Counted from the stretch's first letter, positions 41,901-57,057 are shown. The stretch is DNA of 64,000 nt from Macrostomum lignano (GCA_002269645.1 NIVC01001022.1:248001-312000), one strand, 5' to 3'. Numbers and translations: made by a program. Notes: generated by a model from the letters alone, not told the origin.

Positions 41901-44900
41901 CCCCAAAATCGCAACCGCACCGCAGAACTTCGCCGCCCTGCAATCAGTGGAAGCCTGGTGCGACTCCAGCGAATCTCGCCTCTCTGCGGCTGCCGCGGCC
42001 GCCGACTCTGCTTCATCACAGCAGCAGCAGCAGCAGCAGGCGAAGCCGCGCTCAGTCAGCACCAGCGACTTGTCAAACAGCGGACAGCTGGCAGCTGAAC
42101 TGTCCGAAACTGGCCGAAGCCATTTGGCCAATTACAGTGATAAAATGCCGGACAGTTTGAAAGCTCGCATACAGTCGATAATTGACCAAGCAGGCCAGCT
42201 GGCCTCTAGACGGAAAGCTAACATGCTCACTGCTGTGCACAGCTTTCACAGCCTGCTCAAACTGGAGAAGGACTGGATTCGCAAGGCTAATAAACAGGTT
42301 GGTTTTGCTTTGCTGGATTGAACTCATTCGGTTAGGGGTGCGTTGGGCATTTCAATTAAACTGGTAACTAATTCTTAACCTGTGCGTATTGATATGGCTA
42401 GACCAGGGCCTTCGGGTGCTTTGAAACTTCAGAATGGCAAATCGGCCTGTATAAGGATCTCTCTTCTCTAATATCCTCTCCTCTCCCCTCTCCCCTTCTC
42501 TCCTCTTCTCTTCTCTCCACTCCCCTCTCCTAGTTCATGCTTCCTCTCTTTCCGTCTCCTCTCTTCTCCTTTCTCCCTCACCTATCGTTTCTCCAATCTC
42601 TCTTCTCTTTTCTCTCTTCATGTCCTCTCCACCTCCTCTGGTGCCTCCTCTGGAGACGCAACCTCAGTGATTCTAACAGCGACTTTGGCACGCCTCAGCT
42701 ATGTCTCTACGGCCCCAGAGTCGTTTCAGAGTCGCAGACAATATAAAGCGCCTCAAATTGACTCTTTTAAATGCGACTCTTCGACGAATTTTTGGCGACT
42801 TGTACCGTAGAATATCGTAATTTTTAGAATCGTCTGAGTCTTCTTCTTTCGTGTTTTATCTTGCAACGACTCTGAGGCGACCGACGCAAGTGATTCTGAC
42901 AAGCTTCTTTGCCTGCGTACCGCTTTCACCGGGTCGAGCAGCTCGACTCTTCACACCCAGCGCGGCACATTGATTCATAAAATCTGCATCTCAGACTTTC
43001 TAAATTAGCCCCGTGTTTCATTGATTCTTTTTTCACTTGTCCAGGTGGACAGTTCAATGAGCCGTGAACACCTAGACGCCGAAGACTACTGCACAGATCT
43101 GGAACGACTCGAAGCAGTTAATACATCATACGAAGATGAGGCGAGCAGTTCTCGTCGCGAGCAGCTCCGCTCTCTGGCTGAATCGCTGAACAGCGTCAAT
43201 GAGGAAGCATCGGCGTCTGTTGCTGCGGCCAAAGCCGCCGCAGATGCTGCTGCAGCCGCGGAAGAAGAGCCACCTGAGGATGATGCTAATGATGATGACG
43301 TCGAATTAAAAGCTAAAAAAGCTGTAGAGTCGTTTGAGGATTATACTAGAGAGTTGAACTCGGCTAAGCAGAGGGTGGAGGATAGGATGGAGGTGAGTCT
43401 GTTTTATTGCTGTTTTACGGGCGTAGTTGACAGAATATATTTGTTAACAAGTATTTATAAGATCGCCCTCCAATCTCCTTTGAGAGTCGCCCTTCAATCT
43501 CCTTTGAGAATCGCCCTCCAATCTCCTTTGAGAATCGCCCTCCAATCTCCTTTGAGAATCGCCCTCCAATCTCCTTTGAGAATCGCCCTCCAATCTCCTT
43601 TGAGAATCGCCCTCCAATCTCATTTGAGAATCGCCCTCCAATCTCCTATAGTAATCGCCCTCCAATCTCCTTTGGGAATCGCCCTTCAATCTCCTTTGAG
43701 AATCGCCCTTCAATCTCCTTTGAGAATCGCCCTCCAATCTCATTTGAGAATCGCCCTCCAATCTCCTATAGTAATCGCCCTCCAATCTCCTTTGGGAATC
43801 GCCCTTCAATCTCCTTTGAGAATCGCCCTTCAATCTCCTTTGAGAATCGCCCTCCAATCTCATTTGAGAATCGCCCTCCAATCTCCTATAGTAATCGCCC
43901 TCCAATCTCCTTTGGGAATCGCCCTTCAATCTCCTTTGAGAATCGCCCTTCAATCTCCTTTGAGAATCGCCCTCCAATCTCATTTGAGAATCGCCCTCCA
44001 ATCTCCTTTAGTAATCGCCCTCCAATCTCCTTTGGGAATCGCCCTCCTATTCAATTTAAAAATCTCCCTCCCATGCCTTTGAGAGTCGCCCTTAATCTCC
44101 TTTAAGAATCACCCTCCAATCTCTTGATAATCGTCTCCTTAATCCCCTTGGGAATTTCCTCTCTAAGAATCTGTCTGAAACTACACGATAAGCTTTGTAA
44201 ATACTTGCATATAAAATCATCTCCTAACCCCGCAAACCTATTAAGAACCAGTGCGTACAGTGTTTTTACATGTATTCTCGATTTCAACTAGGTCCTCAGC
44301 TCGAGTCTGGACAGCATACAAGACCTGGAGCGTCGCACCAACGCCATGCAAGAATGGCTGCCAGTAGCTGAAGACTTCATGACCAACAAAATGGAAGCTG
44401 AACTGCTGGCAGCGGACTGTCCCGACGAGGCTGAGAGACTCCGGGCAGAGATTGATCAGCACAGAGAGACTTTGAATAAACTGGACGAGACTTACGATAG
44501 GTAGGACCTCATTTTGTGGTTTTGAGGTATTTTGATAATCATCAATTCAAATTGGGTGAGATTTCGGATAATCAATTAAAACAATGTGAGATTTTGGAAA
44601 ATTATCAATTTAAACTGGGTGAGATTTTGGATAATCATCAATTTAAACTGGGTGAGATTTTGGATAATCATCAATTTAAACTGGGTGAGATTTTAGATAA
44701 TCATCAATTTAAACTGGGTGAGATTTTAGATAATCATCAATTTAAACTGGGTGAGATTTTGGAAAATTATCAATTTAAACTGGGTGAGATTTTAGATAAT
44801 CATCAATTTAAACTGGGTGAGATTTTAGATAATCATCAATTTAAACTGGGGAAGATTTTGGAAAATCATCAATTTAAACTGGGGAAGATTTTGGATAATC

Positions 44901-47900
44901 ATCAATTTAAACTGGGTGAGATTTTAGATAATCATCAATTTAAACTGGGGAAGATTTTGGATAATCATCAATTTAAACTGGGTGAGATTTTGGATGAACA
45001 TCAATTTAAAGTGGGTGAGATTTTGGATGAACATCAATTTAAACTGGGGAAGATTTTGGAAAATTATCAATTTAAACTGGGTGAGATTTTAGATAATCAT
45101 CAATTTAAACTGGGGAAGATTTTGGATGAACATCAATTTAAACTGGGTGGGATTTTGGATAATCATCAATTTAAACTGGGTGAGATTTTGGATGAACATC
45201 AATTTAAACTGGGGAAGATTTTGGATGAACATCAATTTAAACTGGGTGAGATTTTAGATAATCATCAATTTAAACTGGGTGAGATTTTAGATAATCATCA
45301 ATTTAAACTGGGTGAGATTTTGGATGAACATCAATTTAAACTGGGTGAGATTTTGGATGAACATCAATTTAAACTGGGGAAGATTTTGGATGAACATCAA
45401 TTTAAACTGGGTGAGATTTTAGATAATCATCAATTTAAACTGGGGAAGATTTTGGATGAACATCAATTTAAACTGGGTGAGATTTTGGATAATCATCAAT
45501 TTAAACTGGGGAAGATTTTGGATGAACATCAATTTAAACTGGGTGAGATTTTGGATGAACATCAATTTAAACTGGGTGAGATTTTAGATAATCATCAATT
45601 TAAACTGGGTGAGATTTTGGATAATCATCAATTTAAACTGGGTGAGATTTTAGATAATCATCAATTTAAACTGGGTGGGATTTTGGATAATCATCAATTT
45701 AAACTGGGTGAGATTTTAGATAATCATCAATTTAAACTGGGTGGGATTTTGAATGAACATCAATTTAAACTGGGTGAGATTTTGGATAATCATCAATTTA
45801 AACTGGGTGAGATTTTGGATAATCATCAATTTAAACTGGGTGAGATTTTGGATGAACATCAATTTAAACTGGGGAAGATTTTGGAAAATCATCAATTTAA
45901 ACTGGGTGAGATTTTAGATAATCATCAATTTAAACTGGGGAAGATTTTGGATGAACATCAATTTAAACTGGGTGAGATTTTAGATAATCATCAATTTAAA
46001 CTGGGTGAGATTTTAGATAATCATCAATTTAAACTGGGTGAGATTTTGGATGAACATCAATTTAAACTGGGGAAGATTTTGGATGAACATCAATTTAAAC
46101 TGGGGAAGATTTTGGATAATCATCAATTTAAACTGGGTGAGATTTTGGATAATCATCAATTTAAACTGGGGAAGATTTTGGAAAATCATCAATTTAAACT
46201 GGGGAAGATTTTGGATAATCATCAATTTAAACTGGGTGAGATTTTGGATAATAATCAATTTAAACTGGGGAAGATTTTGGATAATCATCAATTTAAACTG
46301 GGTGAGATTTTGGATGAACATCAATTTAAACTGGGTGAGATTTTGGATGAACATCAATTTAAACTGGGTGAGATTTTGGATAATCATCAATTTAAACTGG
46401 GTGAGATTTTAGATAATCATCAATTTAAACTGGGTGAGATTTTGGATAATCATCAATTTAAACTGGGGAAGATTTTGGATAATCATCAATTTAAACTGGG
46501 TGAGATTTTGGATGAACATCAATTTAAACTGGGTGAGATTTTGGATGAACATCAATTTAAACTGGGTGAGATTTTGGATAATCATCAATTTAAACTGGGG
46601 AAGATTTTGGAAAATCATCAATTTAAACTGGGTGGGATTTTGGATAATCATCAATTTATACTGGGGAAGATTTTGGATAATCATCAATTTAAACTGGGTG
46701 GGATTTTGGATGAACATCAATTTAAACTGGGTGAGATTTTAGATAATCATCAATTTAAACTGGGTGAGATTTTGGATAATCATCAATTTAAACTGGGGAA
46801 GATTTTGGATAATCATCAATTTAAACTGGGTGAGATTTTGGATGAACATCAATTTAAACTGGGTGAGATTTTGGATAATCATCAATTTAAACTGGGTGAG
46901 ATTTTGGATGAACATCAATTTAAACTGGGTGAGATTTTGGATAATCATCAATTTATACTGGGGAAGATTTTGGATAATCATCAATTTAAACTGGGTGAGA
47001 TTTTGGATGAACATCAATTTAAACTGGGTGAGATTTTAGATAATCATCAATTTAAACTGGGGAAGATTTTGGAAAATCATCAATTTAAACTGGGGAAGAT
47101 TTTGGATAAACATCAATTTAAACTGGGTGGGATTTTGGATAATCATCAATTTATACTGGGTGGGATTTTGGATAATCATCAATTTAAACTGGGGAAGATT
47201 TTGGATAATCATCAATTTAAACTGGGGAAGATTTTGGATGAACATCAATTTAAACTGGGGAAGATTTTGGATAATCATCAATTTAAACTGGGTGAGATTT
47301 TGGATAATCATCAATTTAAACTGGGGAAGATTTTGGATAATCATCAATTTAAACTGGGTGAGATTTTGGATAATCATCAATTTAAACTGGGGAAGATTTT
47401 GGAAAATCATCAATTTAAACTGGGTGGGATTTTGGATAATCATCAATTTATACTGGGTGAGATTTTGGATGAACATCAATTTAAACTGGGGAAGATTTTG
47501 GATAATCATCAATTTAAACTGGGTGAGATTTTGGATGAACATCAATTTAAACTGGGTGAGATTTTGGATAATCATCAATTTAAACTGGGTGAGATTTTGG
47601 AAAATTATCAATTTAAACTGGGGAAGATTTTGGATAATCATCAATTTAAACTGGGTGAGATTTTGGATGAACATCAATTTAAACTGGGGAAGATTTTGGA
47701 AAATCATCAATTTAAACTGGGTGAGATTTTGGAAAATCATCAATTTAAACTGGGTGGGATTTCTAATAATAATATTAATCCCTTTGTATCCCTCAGACAC
47801 ATGTCATCTGGCAACAAAGACGCCGCTCTCCGCCTCGAGGGCGTTCGTGACCATCTCCGAGCGAGTTTCGACTACGTGGCCAAACTGTTCAACAGATTTC

Positions 47901-50900
47901 AGCGGCCGGCGGACTTCGAGCCAAAATTGGATCGGGTTCGGCGCGAGCTGGAGAGTCTGAATGATCGGCTGCATTTGCTGGATTTGCTGTCTATTGAGCC
48001 GGAGGATGTGCAGAGGACAAAGGAATTTGCCGAGGTTAGTCCCCGAATTTTTAATTGGGATCTTTTGTTAAGCACAGTATCGGAAATATTTTGTGATTTT
48101 CATTCTAGAGATGAAATTTTGAAGTTTTCTTAATCTAGGGGTGAGATTTTGTAGTTTTGTCATTCAAGTGGTGAGATTTTGTAGTTTTGTTATTCCAGGG
48201 ATGAGATTTTGATATTTCAATATTATATGAGTGAGATTTTGTAGCTTTGTTATTGTTATTCCAGGGGTGATATTTCGTATCTTTGTTATTCTAGGAGTGA
48301 GATTTTGTAATTTCGTTATTTTAGGGTGAGATTTTGTAATTTCGTTATTTTAGGGTGAGATTTTGTAATTTCGTTATTCTAGGGTGAGATTTTGTAATTT
48401 CGTTATTCTAGGGGTGAGATTTTGTAATTTCGTTATTCTAGGGTGAGATTTTGTAATTTTGTTATTCTAGGGGTGAGATTTTGTAGTTTCGTTATTCTAG
48501 GGTGAGATTTTGTAGTTTCGTTATTCTAGGGTGAGATTTTGTAGCTTTGTTATTGTTATTCCAGGGGTGAGATTTCGTATCTTTTTTATTCTAAGGGTGA
48601 GATTTTAATATTTTGTTATTCTAGGGGTGAGATTTTGAGGTTTTGTTATTCTAGGTGTGAGATTTTGATATTTCATTATTTTATGGGTCAGATTTTGTAG
48701 TTTTGTTATTCCAGGGGTGAGATTTTGTAATTTCTTTATTCTAGGGGTGATATTTTGTAGTTTCGTTCGTTATTCTAATGGTGAGATTTTGTAGTTTCGT
48801 TCGTTATTCTAAGGGTGAGATTTTGAAATTTCGTTATTGTAGGGTTGAGATTTTGTAGTTTTGTTATTCTGAAAGAGTGAAATTTTTATTTTTCGGTCTT
48901 TTTTATTGTTGTGAGATTTTGATGTTTCATGATTTTTTCTGGGTAAGGCTTGGTAGTTTAAAAGTACATTAAAAAGTACATCTACCGAGGATTAATGTTA
49001 ATATAAAATTTCAACATCCAGACCTCTTGACTAATCTATGAAATATTGATTAAACTCTAGCAAAGCATAAAGGCACTCGCCACTGTACGTGAATTATTAA
49101 ATTTCAACTATCAATCAGAAATAGAAATTTTATCGATTCCACAGAGTGTGTCCGCCCAGCTCAGCGAGCTGCAGCCCGATGTGCAATACGTTGTGGCCAC
49201 TGGCAAACAATTGGTTGAACAGAAGCAGGTCGACTTTCCTAAGCGGTTATTGGCTGAATTAGTACGTTTAGAAGGCCTGTTTGATCGACTGTCAGAGCAG
49301 GTGAGTTTCATTTTTTTTATTTAATACTCATTTTCTCTACTTATAGTATAAATAATTATTATTATAGCATAATAAATTATAAATAATTATTATTAATAAT
49401 TATAATTATAATTATTAATTATTAATTATTAATTATTATAATTATTAAATATAACTATTATAAATAATTATTATTATAGTATAAATAGTTATAATTATAG
49501 CAGTAGTATATAGCTTGAATCATGGAAAATTTGTTTGTGCAACATTTTTATTTGTTGCATGCTTTTAGCCTACTTTAAGTAGTTTGATTCAAAACGTAAA
49601 TGTTGTTAAAAAAAGCAATTTTAATTTAAGATTAAAACGCACGTTGAACTTGTAAGTTTCCTATATTTCATCATCTTGATAGCAAAATCCAGAATAACAA
49701 TTATTTTCTTTTTAAGAAGCAAAACTTTTGTTTTTGTTAACTGTGTGGTTTTCACATTTATTTTCGTCAAATATTCTGACAACCAGATTTTATAATACAA
49801 CAGGGATTTGGACTGTGACGTAGTAGTATGCCCGGGTTTGCCGTTCTGAGGCATTTTTTTCCTGGTTGGATGCAGCCAATCCCCTCTCTCATAGCCTCTC
49901 TCCTACCTCTTCTCCTCTCTTCATTTCCTTTACAAAAATTGCTTCGCCTCCCCACCCCACCACCCTGCTCGGGGCCGGTTGAAGCCAATGGGGATTTAAG
50001 TACTAATCCCTTGCGTGTATATAAAATCTTTATCTATATCTGTACCAGCGCTAGTCACCTCTCATCTCCTGTCTCATTTTATCTAAATCATATGACGTTC
50101 GTTTTCGAATCTTTAAAAAACAACGTCGATAGTAGTTTGAACTATTGAAGTTATTTATTAATTTAGGTAAGTCTATAAGCTTATAAATACGCTATTTTCC
50201 TAAATCTCTTTCTCCTTTATCTAAAAAAATGTAGTGAGGCACTAAGTAGGTGACGAGGAATCTCTGTATATAACGGTGGTAATATTTACTCCCGCCGTAT
50301 ACCCTAGTTTTACAAGCTGAAGGGCCAAGTTAACCATTTAATCTACTTTATGTCTACTTTATTTCGTTGCGCTGATTATATGATAATTAGCTAGGCATAA
50401 CCTACTGCGTTATTATCTTCCCGAGCATGGAATCGTATTCTCAGATACTCCTATAGGGGATTCTATGCAAGTTTGCGCTTATATATGGATGTACTCTCGG
50501 CTTAGCTGATTTTGTACATGCATTTTGTGCAGCTTGTATGGTTTCCTTAATACGTTCTATTTTAAGCTATATGTGGCTATTCTGGGCATGTTATCAAATA
50601 TTGTAAAGTAGTAGTAGCACTAGTAGTAGTAGTAGTATTAGTAGTAGTAGTAGTAGTAGTAGTAATAGTAGCAGTAGCAGCACTAGTAGTAGTAACAGTT
50701 GTTGTGCCTTTAGTGTGGCGTTAGCATTCGTATTAGTGTGACATTAGCAGTTAGTATTAGTATGGCATTACCAATAGTATTAGTGTGTCATTAACAGTAG
50801 TATTAGTGTGGCATTAGCAGTATTAGTATGGCATTAGCAGTATTAGTATGGCATTAGCAGTAGTATTAGTGTGGCATTAGCAGTAGTATTAGTGTGGCAT

Positions 50901-51678
50901 TAGCAGTAGTATTAGTATGGCATTAGAAGTAGTATTAGTGTGGCATTATTAGTCAAGTTAAAAGTGCAGAGTCAAAAAAGGTCTGCTTGTGCGCATATAT
51001 AATTATTATCCTCTGTACCTCTCTTGAGCCACATCAAACAGGTTCCCATTCGATAGACATTAATGGAGTTGGACAGTTGAGACCGAGCTTAACAGATTAA
51101 TTAGAAAGCTAATGGCAGATTAAAGTAAAGCTTCCTTTTGGTGTATCTCCCTGTTCTATTCCTGATAAATGACACAATATTTTTAGAAAGCGACTGGAAT
51201 TAAAAGTGATAATATAATATACTTATTATGGTTTAGCTGCTTGTCGAAAAATGCAAATTCAAAAGTACATATTCGACAACAAGAGCTGCTGCTGCATTGA
51301 AGTTATCCAGTTGATTGACATGCCGTCAACGGGCGGGCAGTCAGTGTGTTTAGAAGTGAAATTCCGTGTATTCATCTATTTCTAACCCCTGGCCAGTTAT
51401 ATTGCTTCTCCACCCATTGTCAGTTCAATTTTAACCGGACATGTCTTTCTGCACACAGGTTTTTTCTTTGACAACTTCCTTTTTTAAATATAAAATACAG
51501 AATTTCTATTTTGTCTCTTTGTGAACCGTTTCTTTCTGTTCTGTTAGTAATGATTCTGATTTTTTATTCAGATGCCTCTCAGGGTTTTTTTGTTACCCTG
51601 CTAAACTTGATGATAATCTGAAAGGAAAAGAAAACGATTTATTATTCGTTATTGAAATATTATTAGGCTGCTAATGAC

Positions 51679-51740
<62 letters not shown>

Positions 51741-51782
51741 AGTCTGTCTGTCTTTGTCTGTCTGTCTGTCTTTGTCTGTTTA

Positions 51783-51836
<54 letters not shown>

Positions 51837-54800
51837 AGTCTGTCTGTCTTTGTCTGTCTGTCTGTCTTTGTCTGTTTATCTGTCTGTCTGTCTGTCTGCC
51901 TGTCTGTCAGTCTGTGTGTGTGTTTGTGTCCAAACACGTACACATTCGCACTAAAGTTTTAACTGACGCTATATTTCAATTTTTTTAAACAGTCGAATAA
52001 TGCTGGTTTTTTCAAATTTATGTTCTCTTGAAATAGTAACAATGCACTTGATTAGGGCCTCGCAAACTTTTATAGCCGATAATGATAATCAATTGTTACA
52101 AACAAAACCTGCAGGTTCAGCCGGCTCTTGATAAGCTTGCCAAGGCGCTGCCTCTAGTAGAATCGCTTGACGCTGAACTGCAACAATTGCGCTCTTGGCT
52201 AGAAGCAGCTGATGAATTTCTGCAACAGCCAGCAAAAGAAGCTGAAGAAGACAACGGCAGTAGTGCTCAGACTTGTCGCGATTTGAAGCATCGTCTTGAC
52301 AATCTTGCCAATCAAATTATTCCAGCTATTCTACAGCGGGTGGAGGCTCTGGGCGACCTGACGGAAGACCTGCCCCCAGTTACTGACGCATTCGACGATA
52401 TCGAGCAGTTAATAGTGCAATTCGAGACTAAGAAATTTGCTATTGAAACTCGAATTTCTGATCTGGATTTCGATATGGAACAGCAGCAGCAGCAGCAGCA
52501 ACAACAACAGAAATTGCACGAACGCAAAGAATCCGAAGCAACGTCTGCCGATGTTGAAGATGTTCCAATTGACGAATTTGCTAGCGGTCTGCTGGATGAT
52601 GAAGCTGTGGCTGGCCCGGCCTCGGCTGCGATGCTTAAACTCGACGATATCGGCGGCAGGATTAGCGAAATCGAAGCCCTTGTTGAGGAGCTGCTGGCGG
52701 CTAGAGAGTCTGAGTCGGGCCGTGCTGCTGCACTGGTTGACCCGGCAGTGATTTCTGTGAGTCTGCTTTGAATTTGCTGCTCTTTTTCTGCTCCAGCATT
52801 CGTCTTGTCACTCTAGTCTAGTCATTATTGTCACTCTAGTCTAGTCATTATTGTCACTCTAGTCTAGTAACCAATGTCACTCTAGTCTAATCATTGTCAC
52901 TCTAGTCTAATCATCATTGTCACTCTAGTCTAATCATCATTGTCACTCTAGTCTAATCATCATTGTCACTCTAGTCTAATCATCATTGCCACTCTAGTCT
53001 AATCATCATTGTCACTCTAGTCTAATCATCATTGTCACTATAGTCGACTCATCATTGTCACTCTATTCTAATCATCATTGTCACTATAGTCTAATCATCA
53101 TTGTCACTCTAGTCTAATCATCATTGTCACTCTAGTCTAATCATCATTGTCACTCTAGTCTAATCATCATTGTCTCTAGTCTAATCATCATTGTCTCTAG
53201 TCTGATCACCATTGCCACTCTAGTCTAATCATCATTGTCACTCAAGTCTAATCATTATTGTCACTCTAGTGTATCACCTTTGTTATTATAGTCTACTCAT
53301 TATTGTCACTCTAGTGTATCACCTTTGTTATTATAGTCTACTCATTATTGTCATTCTGGTATACTCAACCTTGCCACGCTGGAGCTGCCAAATCTTGTCA
53401 AGTTTTGTCTAGTAACCTGGTCGATCTAGTGTTCTCTAACTATCTTCTAAATGTAGGCTACTCACCTAACCTTGTCACTCAATGTTTTAAATAACAGAAA
53501 CAATGCAAACTTTACATCTTGGAATATTCCAGAAAGTTAGAATATGCAGTTTGTTTGTATTTGCATTTTACACTACTTGTTTTTTGCTATCATAAGTAGT
53601 GTAAAATAATTTTTTCTGGGAAAGTTTTCGTGAAACGAGTAGTTATACTTGGACGTTCAAAAGAAAAATATGAAAGAAAAAAATAATTACGTTAATGCAA
53701 AAATCCTGATCAAATAAATTAGAATCGATGCCCGGAAATAATGCAGCTTAAAACTCCTTTAATTTGTCGCCGTGTTGACTTCATTCCCACCGTGAAATCT
53801 GGTTTTAATATCGGAAAAAATCTCCTAGCTTCGAACTTTTTTGCATCGGAAACCAGATGATATTAATTATAAAAATTCGTTTTATTGAAATGCTCCGGAG
53901 TGTGCGGTCAGGGATCTGGTTCCAATGCTTAAATGACTCCTACATACTCGTGTTTATAAGCTAAGTGCCAATGCCTTCCATCCATTAGCTAATTCTATTC
54001 TATAGAACAGATAGGAAGTCAATTCTGACAATGGCTTTTAATAGTTATAGTAGCAAGCCACTTCAGTATTATGCATAAGCGTGTTAGTTTGGCTATTTTG
54101 ATTGACAAGTTGGTGGATGAAGACTTCTGAAGCCGTGCATTTATAGCACGCGCGCACATCAAATTTAGCCCGTTCCAGCTGAGGCGCGAGTCAGAAAAAA
54201 GTGCGCGTCAGGATTGCGCTCATCGCATTTGCCGATCAAACGCGCATCAAAATTAAGACACACCGAAATGAGCGCGCATTAGCAAAACGCGCAGTAGCAA
54301 GCGCGCTTTAGCATAAGCGCAAAGTAGCATAAGCGCGCAGAAGCATAAGTGCGCATTAGCATAAGCGCGCAGTAGCATAAGCGCGCATTAGCATGAACGC
54401 GCATTAGCATAATCGCGCATTAGCATAATCGCGCATTAGCATAAGCCCAAAGTAGCATAAGCGCGCATTAGAATAAACGCGCAGAAGCATAAGCGCGCAT
54501 TAGCATAAGTGCGCAGTAGCATAAGCGCGCATTAACAAAAACGCGTAGTAGCATAAGCGCGCATTAGCATAAGCGCGCATTAGCATTAGCGCAAAGTAGC
54601 ATAAGCGCGCATTAGCATAAACGCGCAGAAGCATAAGTGCGCATTAGCATAAGCGCGCAGTAGCATAAGCGCGAACTGGCATAAGCGCGCATTAACATTA
54701 GTCCGCTTTAGTATAGCTGCACGCCAAGATAAGCACACACTGCAATGATTTCGCGTCGAAAGAGGCACAAATGTGCATCTGCGATTTGTTTTCAACGAGA

Positions 54801-56817
54801 ACTCGATAGATTGAACTAACTCAATGCCTTCGATAAAAGCATTAAGTGCGCAGAATCAAGCGAGCATCAGTCAGTCTTGTTTTGATTTGGATTTATTAAA
54901 GAATTTCTGCTCGTTGCTGCATTGATATATTGTGAAAAGAGTGGAGTGTATTGATAACTGGAACCTGGATAGATGGCCGGACAGATAAATAGACCCGCAA
55001 GGCAAATCAATCAGTTGGGCTAAACCTGTAGCTGAGACCGGGACTGGCCTTTGCTTCGCTCACTTTCTCCCTCTCTCTCTTATCTGTAATAAGCCTTGTT
55101 TTTTAGTTGCTTCAGCTTGTGTAGTACTGTAATATAGTAAAGTAGTATATTTGTGCTGAGCTATATTAGTTGCTGGCTCATTTCATCAGCTCACACTATG
55201 CTCTAAGCGTGTAGTGTGCGAGTGTGTATATGCACTGATCAGCTTAGCCTTAAATCCCTCTTTCCCTAGTACTTGGTTCTCTTGTTTCTTGAATGATAGA
55301 TACTCTCAGAACATTTAGTGCCCGCCTTCGTATCCATTAAGCACGCTTGCTTCCAGAGTCGTACTTGTTAATCTGTTCGTTATACTATATGTAGTATTAT
55401 TTATAAGGAGATTGAAAAAAGACAATATTGACACGCGGTTGACTAGAACATAGACGCTGACGTTAAGAGCAGGGGCAACCAAGAATAATGTATATATACA
55501 AGTGGCAAGAAAGGATAATGTGACATTGAGGCAAGGGACAATAACGGAATGTGAAATTAGGGCAACGGACAATACAGGATATTGTGACATCGAGGAAATG
55601 ATAATAAATGAAAATGTGACATTAAGGCAACGGACAATAAAGGGTAATGTGACATCGAGGAAATGATGATAAATAATAATGTGACATTAAGTCAACGGAC
55701 AATAAAGGGTAGTGTGGCATAATAATACAAAGTACAAAAAAGGATGATGTAACATTAAAACAATGTACAAGAAATGATAATGTGACATTGTAACAAAGGA
55801 AACAAAGGATGTAACCTAAAATGACGGGACAATATGGGATACGAAGTGATTGAGTCACAGGAACAATGAGCAAGAAATGGTTGTCAAGAATCGGCAGAGA
55901 CATTTAAGACGTCAGGCATATATGCTAGTAGCTACGGTATGAATAAAACGCAACCAAAAATATTGCTACCACAAAGAATACGAAATTTACGCAAAATCCG
56001 AGAAATAATTACAAAAGCGAGAGCTGGTGCGCGAAAATATAATCGATAGTTCAAGGCAACGGGAAAGGCGGAACTCTGTTATGGAGTAAAACCGAAGTTT
56101 TTCATATACATACAGCTGTATAATAAAAAAACAAAACTGCCTCCTCCTGTGACTTGAGGAAGGCCCAGCCAGCGCTGAATAGAAAAAAGTTGATTGATGA
56201 TTGGCCAAGTGTGAGATGCTTCCAAAGCAGCCTCGTTCTCTCCTCATCCTCCTGCCCTGCCATCCATCGCGTCCGCAATTGGTAGCCAGAGGCATCTATA
56301 AATAGTAGAGTTCAAGTGCGATGCATAGAGCTGACAGTTCCGAGTTAAAAAGGAGTCGAGTAGTTCCTCCTGAGATATTCTGCCAGTTGACCATTTCGAG
56401 TATTCAGATAGTTTCCTGCCAAGCGCATGCAGAGACGCATGCAGATACGTAAAATTATAGGTATTATGTTTACTAATAAGTTTTCGTCATTTATAACGTC
56501 GAAAATTACTCATTTCAATGGGGTGAGCTTAATTTTTACTGATTCTATGCCCTAAATAAGTGACTACTGAACGATTATACTGGTTAGTTATCGGGATTAG
56601 TATTAGTGTAATTATCACAAAGTGCAATTCACTTCTAATTAGTCATCATATGCATTAATATATTAGTTCATTAAACCACTATCTATCTGTCTATCCATCT
56701 ATCTGTCATCTATCTATCTATCTATCTATCTGTCTATCTATCTGTCTATCTATCTATCCATCTATTTATCATCTATCTATATATCTATCTATCTATCTAT
56801 CTATCCATCTATCTATA

Positions 56818-56895
<78 letters not shown>

Positions 56896-56918
56896 ATATC
56901 TATATATCTATCTATCTG

Positions 56919-56968
<50 letters not shown>

Positions 56969-57057
56969 CATCATCTATCTATCTATCTATCTATCTATCT
57001 GTCTATCTATCTATCCATCTATCTATCATCTATCTATCTATCATCTATCTATCTATC

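Noticed and set aside
42720-42881. Small inverted repeat (also one at about 61284-61424)
   Set aside because: Imperfect arms and no TSD found; probably decayed MITEs, too weak to call.
43393-44082. Coding read-through of the 24-bp array
   Set aside because: A strong gtgagt donor at 43393 splices in phase to 44292; read-through would truncate dystrophin.
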